NCBI GenBank assembly: GCA_016871275.1
Contig: VFZG01000005.1
Coordinates: 55,675 to 119,674 of the forward strand
Origin: Acidimicrobiia bacterium
GTDB lineage: Bacteria; Acidobacteriota; Vicinamibacteria; Vicinamibacterales; UBA2999
Reading direction: 5' to 3'
Length of the DNA stretch: 64,000 bases
A program made the position numbers and the translations under genes. Shown one piece after another: positions 58,169 through 64,000 of the stretch (within the stretch, counting starts at the first letter, position 1; the number at the start of each line of letters is the position of its first letter). The notes beneath the pieces were generated by a model. That model saw only the letters and a program-made list of their open reading frames with translations, searched no databases and was not told where the DNA came from.

Positions 58169-58930
58169 GGGGTCGGGACCATTTGTATTCTGCCATTTGT
58201 AACCTGCTGGAATGCCGTTTGCGTCGGTCTTCGTGCAAACAGCAGGAGGATCAATGCCGCGACGACTTCGCCGCAGCCTCGACGGAGCTGCGTTTCATGT
58301 CATGAACCGTGCGGTTCGACGGACCGTACTCTTTCAGGATGACCGCGATTACGATGCGTTCATTCAGGTCACCCTTGAATCCCTCAAGCGATTCAGGATT
58401 GGGACGGTGTCATTTGAATTGATGCCGAACCACTGGCACTTTGTCGTTCTTTGCGATTGGATCGCAGAAATTTCCAGGTGGCAGCACTGGCTTGCCGGAA
58501 CGCACGCCAACAGATGGAACGGTGCCCACGGACTCCGAGGCACGGGAGCGGTGTATCAAGGGCGGTTCAAGGCTGTCCCGATTCAACACGGCCTGTCGCT
58601 GGTACGGGTCTGTCGTTACGTCGAACGTAACGCTTTGCGCAAAGGACTGGTGTCCCGCGCGGAGGACTGGCCCTGGTCCAGCCTCGGTGCCGAACGCAAT
58701 AACTGCCATCTCGTTCCGCTGGTCGAGTGGCCAATTCCGAGACCCGAGAACTGGCTCACGATTGTCAATAGCGAAGATGTCCCGAGTGAGCTGGATCACG
58801 TTCGAATCTGTATCCGCAAGAATTGGCCGATTGGCGATCCGGACTGGCAGCGCGCCGTAGCGCCGTTTGCGGGATTGACGATGAAACCAAGGGGCAGGAA
58901 GCCGCGGGCCCGTTAAATGGTCCCGACCCC
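58169..58930 (+). mobile_element. RAYT/IS200-like single-gene element bounded by a perfect 16-bp inverted repeat
   Basis: GGGGTCGGGACCATTT at 58169-58184 and its exact reverse complement at 58915-58930. The interior is visibly less GC-rich, with many A/T-ending codons. Confidence 0.7.
58254..58916 (+). CDS. REP-associated tyrosine transposase (IS200/IS605 TnpA-like, HUH-Y1)
   Basis: FHVMNRAV....LF.DD.DY..F, the HUH motif NHWHFVV, the catalytic-Tyr region YQGRF, and RYVERNALRKGLV....DWPWSS. Confidence 0.85.
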   Translation: MPRRLRRSLDGAAFHVMNRAVRRTVLFQDDRDYDAFIQVTLESLKRFRIGTVSFELMPNHWHFVVLCDWIAEISRWQHWLAGTHANRWNGAHGLRGTGAVYQGRFKAVPIQHGLSLVRVCRYVERNALRKGLVSRAEDWPWSSLGAERNNCHLVPLVEWPIPRPENWLTIVNSEDVPSELDHVRICIRKNWPIGDPDWQRAVAPFAGLTMKPRGRKPRAR

Positions 58931-58931
58931 T

Positions 58932-60509
58932 TCACCCCTCGTGAACCGCGAGGAACTGGACGTCGGGATGCGTGCGTTGGGCGTAATCGAGTGACCATTC
59001 GGAATCGAACAGCATCACCGGGCGGTCGTGGCGATCCTTGACGCTGCGCGTGCCGGTGGTGCCGGCTGTCGCCGCAATCTTGTCGGCCGGACCCGTCAGC
59101 CAGCGCGCCGCCTTGTAGGGCAATGACTCGACGTCGGCGTCGACGTTGTATTCGTCCTTGAGCCGCACGGCGAGGACTTCGAGTTGCAACGGTCCCACCG
59201 TGCCAAGAATCGGTTCGCGGCGGCCGATGATCGGAAACAGCACCTGCATCAGGCCCTCTTCTTCGAGCTGCTTGATCGCCTCGTCGAACTGCTTGAAGCG
59301 CACATCGCGCAGCCGCGCCACCCCGAAGTGCTCCGCCGGGAACCGCGGGATCGGCGGATACGTCAGCGGCGTGCCCGTGTACAGCGTGTCGCCAATGCCG
59401 AACTGACCGGGGTTGACCAGCCCCACCACGTCACCCGGAAACGCCCGATCGATCGTCTCGCGCTTGCCGCCGAAGAAGCGATACGGCCGCGCCGCGCGGA
59501 TTTCCTGCCCCTCGCGGGCGTTGACGATCACCATGTCGCGCTCGAACACCCCAGAGCACACCCGCAGGAACGCCACGCGATCGCGGTGGCGCTTGTTCAT
59601 GTTCGCCTGGATCTTGAACACGAAGGCGCTGAATTCCGGTGACTCCGGCAAAATGATTCCCCGGTCGCTCTCGCGGCCTCTTGGCGGCGGCGCCAGCTCC
59701 GTGAGTGCGTACAGGAACGGCTCCAGGCCAAAGTTCGAGAGCGCGCTGCCGAAGAATACCGGCGTCATCTGGAAATCGAGATACGCCTGATGCGAGAACG
59801 TCGTGCCGGCGCCAGTGACCAGCGCACTCTCGTCCACCAGCGCCTTCCACGCATCGTCGCCGATGAGCTGCTGCAACCTGGGATCATCGACCGAGCCGAC
59901 ATTCACCGGCGCCGGATGCGCGCGCGCCTTGCGGTCGTAGAGGTGCACGAGCCCCCGCTGCAGATCGTAGACGCCGCGGAAGCGATCGCCGCTGCCAATC
60001 GGCCAGTTCATCGGCACGGCGTGAATGCCGAGCACCCGCTCGATCTCATCGAGCAGGTCGAACGGATCGCGGCTCGGCAGGTCGAGCTTGTTGATGAACG
60101 TCAGCACCGGCAGCCGGCGCAGCTTGCAGACCTCGAACAGCTTGCGGGTCTGCGACTCAATGCCCTTCGCCGCGTCGATCACCATCACGACGCCGTCCAC
60201 AGCGAACAGCGTGCGATAGGTGTCTTCGCTGAAGTCCTTGTGGCCGGGCGTATCGAGCAGCGTCAGGTGATGCGGCCCGAGGTCGAACTCCACCGCCGCC
60301 GACGTCACCGAGATACCGCGCTCGCGCTCGATGTCCATCCAGTCTGAGACGACGTGGCGATCGGTCTTTCTGCCGCGCACCGCGCCCGCCAGCTCGATCG
60401 CTCCCGCGTAGAGCAGGAGCTTCTCGGTCAGCGTGGTCTTACCGGCGTCTGGGTGGGAAATGATCGCGAACGTCCGGCGACGTTCGACTTCGTCAGCGAG
60501 GCTGCTCAA
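58932..60509 (-). CDS. prfC: peptide chain release factor 3
   Basis: RRTFAIISHPDAGKTTLTEKLLL.GGAI..AG and DTPGH.DF. TTG start. Confidence 0.93.
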   Translation of the reverse strand: MSSLADEVERRRTFAIISHPDAGKTTLTEKLLLYAGAIELAGAVRGRKTDRHVVSDWMDIERERGISVTSAAVEFDLGPHHLTLLDTPGHKDFSEDTYRTLFAVDGVVMVIDAAKGIESQTRKLFEVCKLRRLPVLTFINKLDLPSRDPFDLLDEIERVLGIHAVPMNWPIGSGDRFRGVYDLQRGLVHLYDRKARAHPAPVNVGSVDDPRLQQLIGDDAWKALVDESALVTGAGTTFSHQAYLDFQMTPVFFGSALSNFGLEPFLYALTELAPPPRGRESDRGIILPESPEFSAFVFKIQANMNKRHRDRVAFLRVCSGVFERDMVIVNAREGQEIRAARPYRFFGGKRETIDRAFPGDVVGLVNPGQFGIGDTLYTGTPLTYPPIPRFPAEHFGVARLRDVRFKQFDEAIKQLEEEGLMQVLFPIIGRREPILGTVGPLQLEVLAVRLKDEYNVDADVESLPYKAARWLTGPADKIAATAGTTGTRSVKDRHDRPVMLFDSEWSLDYAQRTHPDVQFLAVHEG

Positions 60510-61578
60510 TCTCCTTCAGGAATGTTATCAGTTCCCCGCCCCAGATCGCAGGGATTGAATGTGTGCCGTGGCCGCGCGTCTCGTCGGTGATCGGCAGCAG
60601 GACAAAACGGCCGCGCTTCACCCGCTTGATCAGCTCCTGCATCATCGGCAGCTCGGGCGGATTTACGAAGTCGTCGGCCGAGTTGATGGCCAGCAGCGGC
60701 GCGGTGATTTTCGCCAGGTGCGGTGCGGGGTTGTAATCCTCGATGGCGTGAAAGTGATAGAGCATGTCGTTGGCGTCGGTGCTCCGGGTGCGCGACGCGA
60801 CCTGGTCGGCGACATACTTGTCCGACGCCGCCGTCGTCGGGAACTGCTTCTGCCACTGCAGCGGCACGCTGGTGGCCATCATCAGGAAGCCAATGGCGCT
60901 GGCCAGCCCGCGCGGCTGCTCCGTGTACTCACCGTTCATCCACGTGGGATCCTGTTCGATCGCGTCGATCAGGAACTTGCGCCAGACCCGATTGCGGCCG
61001 CCAATCTCGACCGGATTGCTCGCCAGCGGCACCAGACCCGCCGCGAATTGCGGATACATGTAGCCCCAGTTCCACGCATGCATCGCGCCCATGGACGTGC
61101 CCATCACGAGCTTCAGGCTGGTGAGGCCGAGACCCCTGGTCACCAGCTCGTGCTGGAGCTTCACCATGTCGGCGTAGCGATACTTCGGGAACTTCATGCG
61201 CAGCCCGTCGCTCGGCTTGCTCGACTGGCCGTGGCCGACGTTGTCCGGGAGGATGATGAAATAGCGCCCCGCATCAAGCGGCTGCCCCTTGCCGAACAAT
61301 CGGCCGGCGTAGCCGTTGTTCAGGAAGCCGCCGCCGCTGCCACCGGTGCCATGAAGAATCAACACACCGTTGCGGACTACGCCGTCCGCATCCTTCCGCG
61401 GCGTGCCAATGGTGCGGTAGTGAATCTTGACCTGCGCCATCCGCTCACCGCTCGAGAACATGAAGTCACGCGCGACAAAGTCGCCCTCGACGGCGGCTGG
61501 ATACGCCGCGGGCTGGGCGGAGGCGGTGGCGGCGGCAAGAGTGAGGACGAGAGCGAGCATGTGCGACATGTGCGACAT
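60493..61578 (-). CDS. secreted alpha/beta-fold hydrolase (MetX/homoserine-acetyltransferase-like family)
   Basis: Signal peptide MSHMSHMLALVLTLAAATASAQ, then ILHGTGGSG and the nucleophile-elbow-like GTSMGAMH. Confidence 0.75.
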   Translation of the reverse strand: MSHMSHMLALVLTLAAATASAQPAAYPAAVEGDFVARDFMFSSGERMAQVKIHYRTIGTPRKDADGVVRNGVLILHGTGGSGGGFLNNGYAGRLFGKGQPLDAGRYFIILPDNVGHGQSSKPSDGLRMKFPKYRYADMVKLQHELVTRGLGLTSLKLVMGTSMGAMHAWNWGYMYPQFAAGLVPLASNPVEIGGRNRVWRKFLIDAIEQDPTWMNGEYTEQPRGLASAIGFLMMATSVPLQWQKQFPTTAASDKYVADQVASRTRSTDANDMLYHFHAIEDYNPAPHLAKITAPLLAINSADDFVNPPELPMMQELIKRVKRGRFVLLPITDETRGHGTHSIPAIWGGELITFLKEIEQPR

Positions 61579-61641
61579 GCTAACAGGCCAATAGAAGAAT
61601 AGGCCAATAGGCCAATAGCAGGTTCCCATTGGCCTGTTAGC
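61579..61641. repeat. 14-bp perfect inverted repeat (GCTAACAGGCCAAT / ATTGGCCTGTTAGC) enclosing three AGGCCAATAG units
   Basis: Arms at 61579-61592 and 61628-61641. The left arm directly abuts the hydrolase start codon. Confidence 0.85.
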
Positions 61642-61649
61642 CTATTTGC

Positions 61650-62507
61650 CTATCGAAGCGTGAACGTCAGCTCGATCGTGATGATGACGGGCACCGGCTC
61701 GCCCTGGCGCATGCCGGGGCGGAAGCGCCACATCTTGGCCGCCTTGATGGCTTCCTGGTCGAGGCCGAAAATCGGATCGAGCGACCGGGTCAGCTTCACG
61801 TCGCCGATCGAGCCGTCGGGCATGACGATGCATTCGAGCCAGACGGAGCCCTGCACCTTGGCGCGCATGGCGTCGGCCGTGTAGGCCGGCTTCATTTCGC
61901 GAAGCACGGTGGGCAGCGTGATGCCCGCTCCTGGCCGATACGCCCCACCACCGGTGCCGCCGCCAAATCCTGGTCCAAGACCCGAACCCTGCCCTGAACC
62001 GGCGCCAGTGCCCGGCCCCGAACCCGCTCCGCCCGTTGTCGGCGCAGCCGGGGAGATGATCCCGGGCAGCGTCACGTCGGATGCCGCCATCGGCTTGACC
62101 GGAAGCTCGAGCACGACTGGCGGAGGCTCCTCGGCTTTCGGCACCGGCTCGACAGGGGCCGGAACCGAGATCGGATCCTGCTTCTTTTCAACCTGGGCCT
62201 TGCGGGGCGGTTCGGGCTTCGGATCCCCACCGCCGCCGCCACCGCCGCCAGGCCCCGGCGTGGGGAGGAACACCGCCATGTTCACGTTGAGTTGCTCGGC
62301 AATCTCGGGCGGCAGCGCCTGAGGGGCCAGCCGGGCGATCAGCAACAACAGCCCCACCATCGCCAGATGTGTCGCGACCGACGTGCCGGCTCCCACCCTG
62401 GACTTCGCGCTCTCAAAGCCGAAGGTGTACTCTGCGGGTCGATCGTCAAGTCCCAGCGCTGATCCCCGTATCAACGCCGGCTGGGTGTTTCCGGTGAACT
62501 TTGCCAT
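61650..62507 (-). CDS. tonB: energy transducer TonB
   Basis: N-terminal TM segment, a Pro/Gly-rich spacer (PGPGGGGGGGGDPKPEPP), and a C-terminal TonB domain (P.YT..A....VQG.V.LE..V..DG....V.L.RSL). Confidence 0.88.
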   Translation of the reverse strand: MAKFTGNTQPALIRGSALGLDDRPAEYTFGFESAKSRVGAGTSVATHLAMVGLLLLIARLAPQALPPEIAEQLNVNMAVFLPTPGPGGGGGGGGDPKPEPPRKAQVEKKQDPISVPAPVEPVPKAEEPPPVVLELPVKPMAASDVTLPGIISPAAPTTGGAGSGPGTGAGSGQGSGLGPGFGGGTGGGAYRPGAGITLPTVLREMKPAYTADAMRAKVQGSVWLECIVMPDGSIGDVKLTRSLDPIFGLDQEAIKAAKMWRFRPGMRQGEPVPVIITIELTFTLR

Positions 62508-62657
62508 CAGTAGACGGTTAGGGACCCATGATTATTCTGACCGAGGGGGTTCTGGCCTGACAAGCGCAAAGCCAGCGCCATGTCTATTTTGACGCCAATA
62601 GAGGACCAAAGGCCTCCTGACATGACCTGGGCTACAATCAAGTTTCAAGGAGCCATC

Positions 62658-62822
62658 ATGTTTTCCCTATTCGGGCCAATCGGCTTGCCGGAGATGCTCA
62701 TCATCCTGGCGATTGTCATCCTGATTTTCGGCGCCAACCGCCTCCCCGAGCTCGGCAAGGGCATCGGCTCCGGCATCAAGAATTTCAAAGCCTCCATGAA
62801 GGACAGCGCCGAAGAAAAGTGA
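62658..62822 (+). CDS. tatA: twin-arginine translocase subunit TatA/E
   Basis: [43 protein letters not shown], preceded by an AAGGAG Shine-Dalgarno sequence at 62647-52. Confidence 0.92.
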   Translation: MFSLFGPIGLPEMLIILAIVILIFGANRLPELGKGIGSGIKNFKASMKDSAEEK

Positions 62823-62846
62823 GAAGTCGGAAGGGAGAACTGCTTA

Positions 62847-62888
62847 CCTCTCACCTCTCACCTCTCACTTCTCACTACTCTCCTCTCG
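62847..62888. repeat. heptamer array: ACCTCTC x3 perfect, then ACTTCTC, ACTACTC, TCCTCTC
   Basis: Read directly from the sequence. It occupies most of the convergent tatA/selB spacer. Confidence 0.85.
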
Positions 62889-62892
62889 CTTC

Positions 62893-64000
62893 CTACAGCA
62901 CGAGGCGAACGTCGCCGGTTCGCCTCGTCACGCGTTCCCGATCGAGAAACTCCAACAGCGGGATCGCAAACTTCCTCGATATCCCATAGCGATCCTTGAA
63001 GGCGCCCACGTCGACCGTGGCGCGTCCGCCCGGCGCCGCTGCCTTCAGGCCCCGCACATCGTCTTTCAATCGCTGCAGCGCCTCGGCGTGAAAGACCACC
63101 GTATCGAGCCGCACCAGCACCTTCTCCCGCAGCAGCAACGCCGTCACCTTTTCGATGACCGCCGCCGGCGCCTGGGCCGTCGCGGCAACGGTCGCCGCGT
63201 CTGGCGGTTTGAGGCCTCCCGCGCGATAGGCATCCACGATGCCCTGCCGGACGCGATCATCGCTGCCGGCCACCGTGGCCTTATGAGTCGGCAGCGCCAG
63301 CCGTTCCGAGCCAACCAGGGCCTTCTGACGCTTCAGCGTATCGAGCACGGATTCGAATACCGCGACAGGCACGCGCGCAAAGATCTTCTCGCGCGCTTCC
63401 TCGCGCGGGAGACCGTCGCTCATCGGATTTGCCTCGTGCGACGCGGCCACCAGCGCCAGCAGCGCGTCCGACGCCTGCTTCAAGGGAGCGCCGGCCACCA
63501 GACGATCGCCGGCACTCACGATCGCGCGGTCCTGCAACGATCGCAGTAGCGCGTCGACCTGGCTCGCGGGCACACCGGCGCGAGGCCCCAGCGCCGCGCG
63601 CGGGAGACCCGCGACACCAAGCGCGTCAATCATCGCCGTCACCGCCTCGATGCCGCCGTCGGGCGCGATGCGCACGCGCTCGAGGCTCGCCAGTCCGTCG
63701 GCGCTCCTGACGCCCGGGCGCGTCGGCGCCGGGTCGACGACCACGCCGCCGCCAATCGTGATTGGAGGGGAATAGGCGCGAACAATGAACCGATCGCCGC
63801 GGGTCAGCACCGCCGGCTCCTCGAGGCGCACGCGCGCCAGCGCCTGCTCCCCCGCCGCGATCTGCGGCGCGCCCCCGGCGATCGACACGCGGCCCAACAC
63901 TTCGGCGGTGCCGTTGTGCACGCGGACGCGCGCGCCGTGCTTCAGTGCCTTCGCGGCCGGCAGCAGATCGATCTGCGCGTCGATGCGGCGGGTCACGCTC
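62893..64000 (-). CDS. selB: selenocysteine-specific elongation factor SelB (C-terminal part; 5' end beyond the right edge)
   Basis: Beta-barrel domains (G.RVRVH.GTAEVLGRV; GDRFIVRAYSPP.TIGGG.V.DP), followed by winged-helix repeats ending RKFAIPLLEFLDRERVTRR.GD.R. Confidence 0.85.
   Translation of the reverse strand, partial: SVTRRIDAQIDLLPAAKALKHGARVRVHNGTAEVLGRVSIAGGAPQIAAGEQALARVRLEEPAVLTRGDRFIVRAYSPPITIGGGVVVDPAPTRPGVRSADGLASLERVRIAPDGGIEAVTAMIDALGVAGLPRAALGPRAGVPASQVDALLRSLQDRAIVSAGDRLVAGAPLKQASDALLALVAASHEANPMSDGLPREEAREKIFARVPVAVFESVLDTLKRQKALVGSERLALPTHKATVAGSDDRVRQGIVDAYRAGGLKPPDAATVAATAQAPAAVIEKVTALLLREKVLVRLDTVVFHAEALQRLKDDVRGLKAAAPGGRATVDVGAFKDRYGISRKFAIPLLEFLDRERVTRRTGDVRLVL

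Noticed and set aside
62589-62640. TTGACG ... TACAAT upstream of tatA, considered as a sigma70 promoter.
   Set aside because: The spacing between the two hexamers is far more than 17-18 nt. No alternative -35 hexamer lies at the right distance.
62847-62888. Heptamer arrays here, and at 12341-12443, 19493-19516 and 55808-55871, considered as CRISPR arrays.
   Set aside because: The units are only 7-9 nt and directly adjacent with no spacers. No cas genes are present.

Overview
This is a high-GC, gene-dense chromosomal segment from a diderm bacterium. The phylum is not determinable by eye, though the gene content is compatible with Acidobacteriota or deltaproteobacteria-like lineages. Almost all of it is core housekeeping, arranged in long operons whose genes are often joined by ATGA/GTGA start-stop overlaps.

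Gene content, left to right:
- thiE-accC-accB
- a type IV pilus operon, pilMNOPQ, with three appended genes
- rplM-rpsI and rpsB-tsf-pyrH-frr
- thrC, pfk and tRNA-Ala(CGC)
- a LolA-like gene joined to a second secretin
- a cell-wall synthesis and recycling block: murA, murB, pxpBC, mpl, an amidase, ldcA, nagZ and a GHMP kinase
- a decayed polX
- rnhB-rplS-trmD-rimM-KH-rpsP-ffh
- ribBA-ribE-ribD-ftsY
- gpsA-plsY-thpR-cinA-pgpA
- an NtrY/NtrX-like two-component pair
- nrdR, purC, groESL with a CIRCE-like operator, prfC, tonB, tatA and the 3' part of selB

I found no CRISPR array, no rRNA, no prophage and no recognisable defence island.

The most noteworthy features:
1. A RAYT-type transposase bounded by a perfect 16-bp inverted repeat, with foreign-looking codon usage.
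2. An orphan lipoprotein secretin with a TPR N-domain, translationally coupled to a LolA-like gene.
3. Two unknown lipoprotein genes fused into the pilMNOPQ operon.
4. Several broken or odd genes:
   - a frameshifted TPR gene
   - a polX with two internal deletions
   - two ORFs separated only by an in-frame TGA
   - a start-less TPR fragment
5. Families of short 7-9 nt degenerate tandem repeats that fill many intergenic spacers. One family has the form of a G-quadruplex motif.

The many long ORFs antisense to recognisable genes are high-GC artefacts. All similarity statements come from recall of protein-family motifs, not from database searches.
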